Origin: an uncultured Acidobacteriota bacterium
Lineage (GTDB): Bacteria; Acidobacteriota; Terriglobia; Acidiferrales; UBA7541
NCBI GenBank assembly: GCA_963790945.1
Contig: CAWBRH010000015.1
Span: 51,695 to 115,694 of the forward strand
Direction: 5' to 3'
Length of the DNA stretch: 64,000 bases
Below, in pieces: positions 51,158-63,122 of this stretch. The notes under the pieces are model-generated. The model was not told the DNA's origin. It worked only from the letters and a program-made list of their open reading frames with translations, and ran no database searches. The position numbers and the translations under genes were made by a program. Position 1 is the first letter of the stretch. Each line of letters starts with the position of its first letter.

Positions 51158-52627
51158 ATTTTGTGGAAGATGATTCTGTTTCAGGCGCGTCCCCGTCTTC
51201 GTAGAGTTCACTCGCGCGCTCGCCCTGGGCCGTGACAATCACGAAGCGATAACTGACGCGGTGTTGGCGCCATAGCTCGCGAGGGAGAGAGACGCGCAGC
51301 TCGGTTGGGGAGATGAATTGGGTCGGAAGCTTGGTTTTTTCACCCTGATCTGCGCTCGCAATCATTGAATCGTTGGACCGAAAATTGCTGCCGATTACCG
51401 TGACTTCTTCTGCGGTTGGACCGTTGGCGGTCATGGGGGGTAGCGGGCTTGGTGAGATTGCAAGAATGACACCACGAGGAGGCGGGGGCGGAAGCTTGGC
51501 TGTGGGAAGAATCCGAATATCACGACTTTCTGATATTTGGAAACCGTTGCCGGGGTTTCGTACCCAAATGCGAATGGGTCCGGGCTCACTGTATGCGAGG
51601 CCCGAAAATCTGAGCTGCGATGCGGGCACATGGATCTCAAGCGCTTCAGGCGATAAATATCTCGCAGTGATTTCCAATGGTGGATTTCGAGGAGGATTTT
51701 CTTCGAAGGGATCGCGTCCACCAGCACCACACTCGAACGTGTAAATCCGCCGCCGTGAAGGACCACCTTGGCCTCGGTTCGATCGGCAGCATCCGCGGAA
51801 AGTTGCCCCGGTTCAAGGCTCCTCAGGGTGGGGCTGGCTGAGTTGGCCACGTAGAGGATTTTCTGTGCTCCTCCGCCCACCGGAGTCTTCTGTTCGGTGC
51901 CGTTCAAAGGCAAGCCATTGCCTTGGGCCGCCTCGACTTCGTCAAGGTTAAAGGGCCACAGCACGAGCTTGTGCGATGATGCCAGGTACGTCCACGGAAC
52001 CGTGACGCGAATTTTATTGGTCTCGATGTATTCGGTCAGCAAAAACTCCCAGACTTTCCAAATATCTTTTTTCGGAGTTGGCTCTGCTAGTAGGACTTTG
52101 GTGCTAGGTGTGAAAAATCGGCCGTCAAGATCCAATGAAAATGTCTCGGTTCGCCGGCGCGAACACGCACAGGGTCGGAGGTGAATGAGGGCGGAACGTC
52201 TACCTGCAACCGTACTGACTGGACTCCACTTCGGCGTCATCGCAGCTGAACCACAGGAACGTGGGTGCATCCGGATCGATAAGAGTGAAATCGAGCCGCG
52301 AGGGAGTTGGCGCCGAGGCGTGTCAGCCCATGTGGCTTCGCCGGTTTTCGCTACCTTTACTGGAATCTTTGCGAGCAAATCGGGTCGATCCCAAATCTCG
52401 ATACGAGCGGATGTGACTCCCGAGGTGCTCGGCACGATTCGATATCGAAGCTGAACTGTCGGGCCAGTGGGATCTTTCTTGCGGCGGGGTTTCTGCGAGG
52501 GAGGCTTCGGATTTTCGATTTCAATCACAGGATGTGGGCCGTCGAGCGACGCGACGTGCGAGTCTGAGGAATTTTGCGCAGAGGCTAATGCCGGAAGTAA
52601 AATTGATAGGATGAGCGCTCGTGTCAT
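51156..52627 (-). pseudogene. secreted protein with IPT/TIG-like repeats; several frame breaks
   Basis: Signal peptide MTRALILSILLPALASAQ. IPT-like segments: ILAISPSPLPP...VTVIGSNF...FISPTELRVSLP; LRSLEPGQLSAD...VVLHGGGF. The gene is split over ORFs 51431..52693 and 51156..51677, with an off-frame middle section. Confidence 0.55.
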
Positions 52628-52664
52628 CGACTCGTAATGCGGAAGCTTTCCGCCGCAAAGCCCA

Positions 52665-53928
<1,264 letters not shown>

Positions 53929-53958
53929 ATTACCTGCTCCTGCCGACTGTTTGAGCCT

Positions 53959-54856
53959 TCAACGCTGGGGACGCGGCGAGAGCTGCGCGCACGTTGCCTC
54001 CAGATCTTCGTTAGCAAAGACCTGGCAACTCGCGCGCTCGCTCCAGTCTTCAGCATAATAAGAGCCGCCGGCAGACCGTGTCCGGTTTGCCGCAGAGCGG
54101 TTCGGCCGCAGACGAGTCCACACCCATGGCTTCCTCGAGAATGCGTGCTCCGCGTCGCCGTAACTTCTTATTTGTGAGCGCCACATAGATCATCCAGTTG
54201 TCATATACGCGACCGAGGCGCACCATCGCAGTTGTTGAAAGCAAGTTGAGCACCATTTTCTGCGCGGTGCCCGCTTTCAGGCGCGTCGAACCAGCGATCA
54301 CCTCGGCTCCCGTCTCGGGGGCGATCACAATTTGTGCCTTTCGAGCGAACGGCGACCGCGGGTTCGACGTGATCCCGATCGTGACGCTCCCACGCTGCCT
54401 TGCGAACGCGATCGCGCCAAGAACATAAGGAGTCGTCGCCGCTCGCGGCAAGCCCAACGACGACGTCCCGTTGCGAGAGACCCGCAGCCGCGAGATCTCG
54501 TGCGCCACTGGTCGCCGAATCCTCGGCTTCTTCGTTTGCTCCGCGCATCGCTCTTGCTCCGCCAGCAATCAGCGCCTGAACCGACTCTGCCCGCGTGCCG
54601 AACGTCGGGGACACTCAGCTGCGTCGAGGGCTGCAAGCCGACCGCTCGTTCCCGCCCCAACATAGAAAAGTTTGCCGCCATTCGTAAGGCTGAGCACGAT
54701 GGCGTCAACTGCGCGAGCGATTTGCCGCAGTTCGCGTCGAACAGCAATTGCCACGTGTTTGTCTTCACGATTGATTGTGCGCAGAATCTCGAGCGTCGAT
54801 TTTTTGTCGAGCCCATCGGGAGCGAGGATTTCTATCTTCGGTACTGCTAGCTTCAA
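53959..54856 (-). pseudogene. murQ: N-acetylmuramic acid 6-phosphate etherase; at least 3 frame breaks, ends approximate
   Basis: SIS-domain pieces lie in different frames: [97 protein letters not shown]. Confidence 0.75.
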
Positions 54857-54947
54857 CCCTATGCCTCGATACGAACATACAGTATACCGATACACTTGAG
54901 TCGGTGAGGGGCTGACACAGGATAAGTTGTGCGATGATGCAAGGAAG

Positions 54948-57893
54948 CTATTGAACGGCCGCTGGCGCTGAGGTAAAGCCCAAAGCCTCAAAAACCGCGT
55001 CATGCAGCTCGGGGCGCACCCGCCGAATCTTGATGTTGTCCACGGATGGATTGACGCGATTCGTTAGCAGGATGATGAAGAGATTGCGTTCCGGGGTCTA
55101 TCCAGAGTGACGTGCCGGTAAATCCATAGTGACCAAAAGCCCGCGCTGAAAAAAAGCGACCCGTTGCTGGCGGGATCAAGCGCTATATCCCAGCCGAGTG
55201 TGCGCGCGGAATTGCCAACCATCTGGTGTGCGGTGAATTCGGCGATCGTGCGCGCGATACGACGCGGTGATGCGCGTAGATACCTCCATTCAAGATCATC
55301 TGGGCGAAGATGGCGACGTCTCCGGCAGTCGAAAACAAACCCGCATCACCGGCGATTCCGCCCATAGCCCAGGCATTCTGGTCATGAACTTCGCCTTGAA
55401 CCAGGCGTTTGCGATAGCTCAGGTCATTCTCCGTGGGAGGAATGCTGGCGCGAAGCGAACGCGGCGGATTGAACAGAGAAGCTTTCATTTCGAGCGGCGA
55501 AAAGATTTCCTTTCGCGCGAATTCTGCCAGCGATTCACCCGTGAGGCGCTGGACGATTTCGCCAAGCAGGATGAATCCAAGATCGGAATACTCGATTTGC
55601 TCGCCAGGCTCATGAACGAGTGGTTCAGCCATGACCAGCGGGAGGACGCCGTCATGCCCTTGGCGCTCTGATAGAAATCACGGTGTGCAGGAAGGCCAGA
55701 ATCATGAAGCAGGAGCATTCGCGGGGTGACTTGAGCGCGCCACGCGGGGTTTGGATCATTTTTTGCGGCAGCGCTCCATTCAGGCAGTAGCCGCGAGAGC
55801 GGCGCATCAAGATCGAGCCGTTTCTGTTGCACGAGGATCATCACGCATGTCGTCGAGACGATCGGCTTAGTAAGCGATGCCAGATCATAAATCGTATCCG
55901 CCCTGACCCTTGCGGCCTTCGCATCGCGCGTAAATTTTCCGAATGGGTGCACAACGAGCTTGTCATCCAGGCCCACCGCAAGAACTCCCCCCGGAAAGGC
56001 ACCATGGGCTACGGCGAGCTCGAGCAGCGTATAAGCCGGCGAAAGACGATTCGAGAGCGCCGGGGGAGCCGCTTCCAGGGTCATCGGATTCGCTGGTACT
56101 TGCATTCCGTCGCCGCGCTTTACGGTATCGGGAACGGTTACCGGAATCCGGCCGCGGATCGCTGTTTGGCCGAATAGTGCGCGAACGGCAGCGCGCTGCG
56201 AAACGTCGTTCGTCGAAAATTCGCCGATCCAGCTTTTTGAGCCGGGAAAACTCGAAATCAAATAAGGGCTGCCGAAAGCAAGCACGACACATGGCTTTCC
56301 GTTCGCGAGCATTTGATTGACGAAGGCCCGTTGATCGTCCGGGAAGCCTACATTGCCCTTGCGATCGGCGACTCGAACAAATAACGCAGCAACCGCAACA
56401 TCGTAGGAATCAGCTGGTGGCAATTTCAGCGTGCTAACATTGACGAATTGCGTATCAGCGCGAAGAGACTTGAGCGAATCCACACGCCAACGAATTTCGC
56501 TCTCGAGTGTCGCGCTGGGATAGGCATCTGGATCGGCAGAGAGTGAGACAAGCAGGACGCGCAGCGGTCGCGCAGCATTCAGTGGCAAGAGATTCTCGGA
56601 ATTGCGAAGGAGAGTGACGCCGCGATCCGCGATCGCCTGTGCGTCCTCAGCAAATTTCGGAAGTCCGAATTTCTGATTTAGCCGCGGGATATCAACCAGG
56701 CGATCCTTGTCGAGTCCGAGTCGCGCCTTTGCTTGAAGAATTCGCCTGACCGACTCATCGATTCGTTTCTCTGAAAGCCTTCCCGACTTGACAGCGTTTT
56801 CAAGGCCCGCCAAGGCGGCATCCGGCACTGGCGGCTGAAGGACGATATCTGCTCCGGCTTCGACTGCGCGTATGGCAGCTTCGTCCGGGGGATACATCGA
56901 CGTTACACCGCCCATGTCCATCGCGTCGGTAACGATGAGCCCGCGAAATTTCATCTCATCACGCAAAAGTCCCGTTAGGATGTTGCGCGAAAGGGATGAC
57001 GGAACAGTAGCGTCCGGTTCGAGCGCGGGTACTGCCAGATGGCCAGGCATGATCGAGCTAACACCAGCAGAAATTGCGGCGCGGAAAGGCACGAGCTCGT
57101 TATTGTCGAGTTCCTTTCGGTCATCCGGAACAACTGGCAGCGAAAGATGCGAGTCGGTCGTCACATCGCCATGACCAGGGAAATGCTTTGCAGTCGCAAG
57201 CGCCCCATTTTCTTCGATGCCACGAATGAATTGCGAAGCGAAATCGGCCACTTGTCGTGGATCCTCGCCGAACGCACGGATATTGATGATTGGATTTCCG
57301 GGGTTGTCATTGACATCGGCGTCGGGAGCGAAGATCCAGTGAATTCCGGCGGCACGGGCCTCAAGCGCGGTGTCCTTGCCAGCTGTGTAAGCAAGTTGTG
57401 GGTCGTCCGTGGCGCCGATTGCCATCGCGGAGGGGAAGTTCGTTCCCTCATCGAGCCGCATGCCGGTGCCGCTCTCAAAATCGGCGCCGATCAGAAGCGG
57501 CACATTGGAATGAGCCTGGAGTGCATTCGTAATCACGGCTGTGGGATACACCTGGCTGCGTTCAATTCCCAGGGGGCCGCGAATGGTGCCGAGGATGAAC
57601 CCTCCAACGTGATTGTCCTCCACCTGATGAAGTAAATCCTTGTATGCCGGGCTTTCCATGGACTCAAAAATACCGAAATAGTAAGGCATGAGCATCTGGC
57701 CGAGCTTTTCCCGGACGGTCATTTTTTTCAATGTGGATTCGACCCACACTGAACGGGCGGTTGAGGCGCGAGTCTTCTTCGGCGAGGGCTTTTGGGAGCG
57801 GGCGGAAGGTGTCATGAGAAGGAGCAGCGCTATCGAGGAGAGCCCGAGTATCCGGAACGAATCTCTTCGGGCGTTCCATGTTGACGACTGCAT
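54948..57893 (-). pseudogene. GH3 beta-N-acetylhexosaminidase (NagZ-like) fused to a serine beta-lactamase/PBP4*-like domain; frame breaks in the C-terminal domain
   Basis: Signal peptide, then GH3 motifs (GGFIL, KHFPGHGD, GLIVTDAMDMGG). Then a beta-lactamase-fold domain (ASLTK). YSDLGFILLG, AGLFSTAGD and [22 protein letters not shown] are recoverable only by shifting frames near 55650, 55255 and 55120. Confidence 0.8.
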
Positions 57894-57948
57894 CCCGCGG
57901 CTGTATATAGCACACGGTTTCATGCGGCACAACCGAGCCTCCCAGCAG

Positions 57949-59208
57949 ATGTTTCGTTTCCGTTTACTCTCATTTCTCCTGCTAATAGCCGGAGCGCTTT
58001 TTATTTTTGCGGTGAGTTCCGATAAAAACATTTCCACCCCTTCTCAAGCCTTCGGCAGCGATGACAACAAAATCGCTGATCATACCAAGACAGGCATCGA
58101 TGTGCTGGAAGCGGAGAAATTCTCGCTATTGCGTGGCAAGCGAGTGGGGCTAATCACCAACCAGACTGGGCTTGATTCGTATGGCCACCGGACGATTGAT
58201 CTTCTCGCGCGCGCCGATGGAGTAAATCTGATTGCGATTTTTAGTCCCGAACATGGGATTGCCGGCGTCGCCGATGCGTCGGTTTCGAATCAAGCCGACC
58301 CCCCGACCGGACTGCCGATATACAGTTTGTACGGTGCTACACGACGGCCTACAAGCGAGATGCTTCGAGGCATCGACATGCTCGTGTTTGACATTCAAGA
58401 CGCCGGTGTACGTTTCTACACGTACATTACGACAATGGCGTACTCAATGGAGGCGGCGGCCCAGCAACACATCGCATTCGTCGTACTCGATCGGCCCAAC
58501 CCGCTCGGCGGCGAAATTATTGAGGGCCCTGTGCTTGATCGTGACCGAGTTTCCTTTGTCGGCTACTTCCCGATGCCTGTGCGCTATGCGATGACCATGG
58601 GTGAGCTTGCGCAGATGTTCAATTCTGAAAATAAAATCGGCGCTGACCTTCACGTGGTTGCGATGCAGGATTGGCACCGGCGCGATTTCTATGACATGAC
58701 GGCACTTGCCTGGATCGCCCCGTCGCCGGCACTGCGCACTTTGCGTGAGAACTTTCTATATCCGGGCATCGAAATCTTGCAGGTAGCAGGCGTCTCGGTG
58801 GGGCGAGGCACGCCAACTCCGTTCGAGCTTCTTGGTGCGCCCTGGATTGATTCAACTGCGCTATTGACCGAGTTGAATCGCCGCCAACTGAAGGGGGTGC
58901 GATTCGCGGCGACAGAGTTTACTCCAACAAGTGGTCTCTACAGCGGGGCACTGTGCAGAGGAATCTCAATCGATTTGCAGGATCGCACTACTTTTCGGCC
59001 TGTTGCGGCTGGTCTTCAGATTGCCTCAAGCCTGCACAGCCTGTATCCCACGCAATTCCATGTCGAGAAAACGATCGAGCTTCTTGGCTCGCAATCCACT
59101 GTCGATAGACTCGCGCGCGGCGAGAACCCAAACGAAATCGAAGCCGGATGGGTTGATGACCTGAATCGATTTCGAACGATGCGTGAGAAGTATCTCCTGT
59201 ACCATTGA
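57949..59208 (+). CDS. DUF1343 family protein (NamZ-like exo-beta-N-acetylmuramidase candidate)
   Basis: Signal/TM MFRFRLLSFLLLIAGALFIF, then GKRVGLITNQTG...IFSPEHG...LVFDIQDAGVRFYTYITTM...VLDRPNP, typical of DUF1343. Confidence 0.8.
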   Translation: MFRFRLLSFLLLIAGALFIFAVSSDKNISTPSQAFGSDDNKIADHTKTGIDVLEAEKFSLLRGKRVGLITNQTGLDSYGHRTIDLLARADGVNLIAIFSPEHGIAGVADASVSNQADPPTGLPIYSLYGATRRPTSEMLRGIDMLVFDIQDAGVRFYTYITTMAYSMEAAAQQHIAFVVLDRPNPLGGEIIEGPVLDRDRVSFVGYFPMPVRYAMTMGELAQMFNSENKIGADLHVVAMQDWHRRDFYDMTALAWIAPSPALRTLRENFLYPGIEILQVAGVSVGRGTPTPFELLGAPWIDSTALLTELNRRQLKGVRFAATEFTPTSGLYSGALCRGISIDLQDRTTFRPVAAGLQIASSLHSLYPTQFHVEKTIELLGSQSTVDRLARGENPNEIEAGWVDDLNRFRTMREKYLLYH

Positions 59209-59211
59209 GCC

Positions 59212-60117
59212 GTGCGGATTTGTTCACTCCTGCCGTCAGCGACAGAAATTCTTTACGCTCTCGGTCTTGGCGACGCCGTTGTCGGGGTGACGCATGAATG
59301 TGACTATCCGCCGGAAGCCGCGAAGAAACCGCCGCTGATTCGCCCGCGAGTCGATCCTCAAGCGCCGCCCGCGGCAATCGATCAAGAAGTGACGGAGCTT
59401 GTTTCACGCGGCGAGAGCATCTACGCGGTGGACGCGGAGCTGCTTGCATCGCTGGCTCCTGACCTCATTATTACGCAGGATCTGTGTCACGTTTGTGCGG
59501 CTTCGCCGGAGGATCTAGCTAGCGCACTCACACGTTTTTCGAAGAGACCCAAAATCCTTTCTCTGACGCCTCACTCGCTTGCGGATGTGTGGGAAGACAT
59601 TCGCAGAATTGGCGAGGCGACCGGCCGGCGGCGAGATGCTCAGGGGTTAGCAATTACTCTCGCGCAAAGGGTTGCCGCAATTGAAATGAAGGTTGCAGCC
59701 GCTCCCAGGGCGCGCGTCCTCTGCCTCGAATGGATGGATCCGTTCTACATCGCCGGGCATTGGGTTCCAGAAATGGTCGGGAAGGCGGGGGGCGAGGACG
59801 TATTAGGACGTGCGCGCGAGTCGTCGTTTCGCTCAACGGCGGAGCAAATCGCAGAAACCGCTGCGGAGATCATTGTCGTGATGCCGTGCGGATATAGCTC
59901 ACGACGGGCATTAGACGAATTCAATTTTCAAAAGCTGCCGACCAGTTGGAAGAACCTACCGGCGATACGCGACAGGCGCGTTTTTGCGGTTGACGCAAAT
60001 AGTTATTTCTCGCGCCCTGGCCCACGACTCGCGGATGGAGTAGAACTCCTCGCACATCTTTTTCATCCTCAGCTCGTGCCCCTGAATGTTCCCGGCGAAG
60101 CGCTTAAGAATCTTTAG
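59212..60117 (+). CDS. periplasmic-binding-protein fold (BtuF/FhuD class, cobalamin-binding-like) protein without a signal peptide
   Basis: GTG start 4 nt after the namZ-like stop. MRICSLLPSATEILYALGLGDAVVGVTHECDYP...PDLIITQDLC... is class III PBP-like. Confidence 0.7.
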   Translation: MRICSLLPSATEILYALGLGDAVVGVTHECDYPPEAAKKPPLIRPRVDPQAPPAAIDQEVTELVSRGESIYAVDAELLASLAPDLIITQDLCHVCAASPEDLASALTRFSKRPKILSLTPHSLADVWEDIRRIGEATGRRRDAQGLAITLAQRVAAIEMKVAAAPRARVLCLEWMDPFYIAGHWVPEMVGKAGGEDVLGRARESSFRSTAEQIAETAAEIIVVMPCGYSSRRALDEFNFQKLPTSWKNLPAIRDRRVFAVDANSYFSRPGPRLADGVELLAHLFHPQLVPLNVPGEALKNL

Positions 60118-61454
60118 CGGCTTTCACTAGACCTCTGTTCAGCCGTCCGTCTACTCCAGTACCGATAAAAAATCAGACCGGCGCACATCAATGCCAAGCC
60201 GATTGACGAACGCACAGGTCGCTGAATCCAAATACTCACGGTCAGCGCCATCGCGCCAATTACAAAAATCAGCGGAACTATCGGGTAGCCCCAAGTCTTG
60301 TAGGGCCGCGGCATATTGGGTTCCGAGCGACGCAAGCGGAACAGCGCAACAACCGCCAAACCGTAGAAAATCCATCCCGCAAAAATGAAGAGGGAAGTGA
60401 GATCTTCGAATGTCCCCGTCAAAGCCATTACGCTGGCAAGACAGCACTGGAAAATCAGCGCGTTGCCAGGAGTTCGAAATTTAGGGTGGATCGATTCCGC
60501 GAACCGAAAAAAGATTCCGTCTCGCGCCATAGCGTAGTCGACACGAGCGCCGCTGAGGACGGATGAGTTCAGAGTGCCCAGTGCCGAAATCACCATCGCA
60601 AGAGTGACCCACACTGCTGCGCCGCGGCCCGCGAAGCTTTCCACGACATCCGATGCGACGTGCTGGGAGACTGCAACGACATCGAACGGAAGTGCGTAGA
60701 AGCACACCGCGCTAAAAACACTAAAGAGAACAATGACAAACGCTACTCCGCCAATCAGCGCGCGAGGAATGTTTCGACCGGGCTCCCTGATTTCCGAGCC
60801 AACCAGGTTAAGGTCTTCCCAGCCATCAAACACCCAGAGCGCAGCGGCGAGCGCCGCCAGAAAACCTGTCGCCGTACCCCACGATAGCGAAGTTGGCCAA
60901 ATGGGTTGGAAATTCTGCGCACGCCCGTGCGAAAGAAAGAACCCGAAGCCAATGATCGCCACGACCGAAGTGACTTTGATGATCGTCAAGCCGATCTGGA
61001 CTTGTCCGCCGAGCCGCACGCCGAGATAGTTGATACAGGTCAGCAGGATGAGTGCCACCACGGCGAGCGGCTGTGCCCAAGTAAACGCAAACTCAGAATG
61101 ATGCCCCGAGAAAAAAGGCAATTGTACGTGGAGCGTATAAATCGGCGCAGCGATGGCCGGAAACAAGAAACCGACAAATCGCATCAAGCCGGCGGCAATT
61201 GATGCGGTGGATGACGGGCGACCGACGATTGAATGCGTCCATCCGAATAGAAATCCCCACACGGGACCAAATCCGCGCCGCAGGTAGGCGTACTCGCCGC
61301 CGGCTTCCGGTATCTCCGCACCGAGCTCGGCGAAACTCAGCGCGCCAAACATCGACAGCACCCCGCCCACGATCCACGCCGCAAACACGACTGCCGTGGA
61401 ACCGGCCTCGCGGGCCATTTCCGCGGGCTTCAGGAAAATTCCGGTACCGATCAT
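60114..61454 (-). CDS. APC-superfamily amino acid permease; annotated from the first canonical ATG, although homology continues upstream
   Basis: 12-TM permease beginning ...GTMIGTGIFLKPAEMA. The conserved N-terminal stretch RLELIRGLGAWAAAAIVV lies upstream of 61454 with no ATG/GTG/TTG. Confidence 0.8.
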   Translation of the reverse strand: MIGTGIFLKPAEMAREAGSTAVVFAAWIVGGVLSMFGALSFAELGAEIPEAGGEYAYLRRGFGPVWGFLFGWTHSIVGRPSSTASIAAGLMRFVGFLFPAIAAPIYTLHVQLPFFSGHHSEFAFTWAQPLAVVALILLTCINYLGVRLGGQVQIGLTIIKVTSVVAIIGFGFFLSHGRAQNFQPIWPTSLSWGTATGFLAALAAALWVFDGWEDLNLVGSEIREPGRNIPRALIGGVAFVIVLFSVFSAVCFYALPFDVVAVSQHVASDVVESFAGRGAAVWVTLAMVISALGTLNSSVLSGARVDYAMARDGIFFRFAESIHPKFRTPGNALIFQCCLASVMALTGTFEDLTSLFIFAGWIFYGLAVVALFRLRRSEPNMPRPYKTWGYPIVPLIFVIGAMALTVSIWIQRPVRSSIGLALMCAGLIFYRYWSRRTAEQRSSESR

Positions 61455-61589
61455 CGTGCCAACGACGATCGCAGCGGCAGCCCAAGCGCCGAGCCCGCGA
61501 ATTAATTCGAGGCGCTGTGTCGGCTTCGGTTCAGCAGAAATAGTGATAGATTTCTCCGTTGGTCGTAAGGATTCCCTAGAAAGTGACGC

Positions 61590-63041
61590 CTAACCTGACG
61601 GCGACTTCAAAGCGGGCCGTGTCGTCCCGTCGGCGGCGATACTTGCAAGCCCACCCACGAAGTAGGTAATGATAGTGCCAACGAAAACGTACCAAGTCCA
61701 CGCAAGCACCGTAAACCGCGCCACGCAGATCATTGACACCAACCCGACCGCGAAACCCACGAGCGCTCCGGTTTCATTTGCACGATGGTTCCATGTCCCG
61801 AGCAAAAACACACCCAGCATAGCCCCGTATGTAATCGAAGTAATTGTGAGACCGGCGACCAAAACTGGCCCCCAATGAATTAGTCCGAGTAGCGCGAGAA
61901 TCATGCCCCAGACAATCGTCATCATCCGCGAGCGCCCCAGCGGCTGTGTTCCTTGATCGGTTCGGCGCCGTCCGAGGTCTATGATGCTGGAGGAGGCCAG
62001 CGAGTTCAACGAACCGCTGGCGTTCGACATCGCGATCGCAAAAATTGAAGCCAAAACGAGTCCGGTCAAACCTACAGGCATATGGTGAACGACGAACTGA
62101 GGGTAAAGGCGATCGGGATCATTGCCCGGATTCTGCAGCGCTCCGTGTTGAGCAAACACGAACAGCATCACCCCCAGCACAAGGAACAGAGAAAATTGCA
62201 CGAATACGATCACGCCGCTGGCGAGCAACGCGTTCTTGCTGTCCTTCTCATTCCTTGCTGAGAGCAATCGTTGTACCAGTGTTTGATCCGTCCCATGACT
62301 CGCCATGGTGAGAAATGTGCCACCGAGCATACCCGCCCAAAACGTGTAGCTCTTTGTGAGGCTAAACGCGAAGTCGAAAATCGTGAGTTTGCCGCCCGCC
62401 ACAGCCGCGACCCGAGTAACCTCCAGCCACCCACCTGGAATCTTGTGAAGCAGTAGCAAGAATGCGGCCACCGAACCTGTGAGATAGAGCGCGAACTGGA
62501 TCACGTCAGTCCAGATCACAGCGCGCATCCCGCCTTCAAACGTATAAAACAGAGTGAGCACCGCGATAATCAGGATTGAAATCCGTTCGCCCGTGCCGAA
62601 CGCGACGCTCACCACCTTGCCGATAGCCGATATTCGAACGCCTTCCGCAAGGGCGCGAGTGGCCAGGAACACCACAGCTGCCGCCGAGCGCATTCGCGTC
62701 CCAAATCGCTTTTCGAGAAGCTGGTAAGCCGTGTAGAATTCGCCTTGGAAATACTGCGGGATCAATACAACACACAGAATCACGCGCGCGACAAGATAGC
62801 CCAACACAATTTGCAAGAATCCGAGGTTTCCGCCGTAAGCAATGCCGGGAGTGCTGATAATTGTGAGTGTCGAGGTCTCGGTGGCGACGATGGAACATGC
62901 GATCGCCCACCAGGGCGCTGTCCGCCCGCCAAGAAAATAATCGCGCAGGCTGTTTTGACCGCGCCGGAAATACACGCCGAAAAGCGTGATACCTGCAAGG
63001 TAGAGAACGAGGATAGCGAGATCGATTGGGCTGATTTGCAT
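61590..63041 (-). CDS. sodium:solute symporter (SSS) family transporter
   Basis: LRDYFLGGRTAPWWAIACSIVATETSTLTIISTPGIAY...; 483 aa, about 13 TM helices. Confidence 0.85.
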   Translation of the reverse strand: MQISPIDLAILVLYLAGITLFGVYFRRGQNSLRDYFLGGRTAPWWAIACSIVATETSTLTIISTPGIAYGGNLGFLQIVLGYLVARVILCVVLIPQYFQGEFYTAYQLLEKRFGTRMRSAAAVVFLATRALAEGVRISAIGKVVSVAFGTGERISILIIAVLTLFYTFEGGMRAVIWTDVIQFALYLTGSVAAFLLLLHKIPGGWLEVTRVAAVAGGKLTIFDFAFSLTKSYTFWAGMLGGTFLTMASHGTDQTLVQRLLSARNEKDSKNALLASGVIVFVQFSLFLVLGVMLFVFAQHGALQNPGNDPDRLYPQFVVHHMPVGLTGLVLASIFAIAMSNASGSLNSLASSSIIDLGRRRTDQGTQPLGRSRMMTIVWGMILALLGLIHWGPVLVAGLTITSITYGAMLGVFLLGTWNHRANETGALVGFAVGLVSMICVARFTVLAWTWYVFVGTIITYFVGGLASIAADGTTRPALKSPSG

Positions 63042-63122
63042 CGCGCCCGTTTCTCATGAAGGCCGGCGGGTCGCGCGATGCTAACCGCCGTCTTCGAAGC
63101 CTGTCAAGCACAGCGAGGATAA

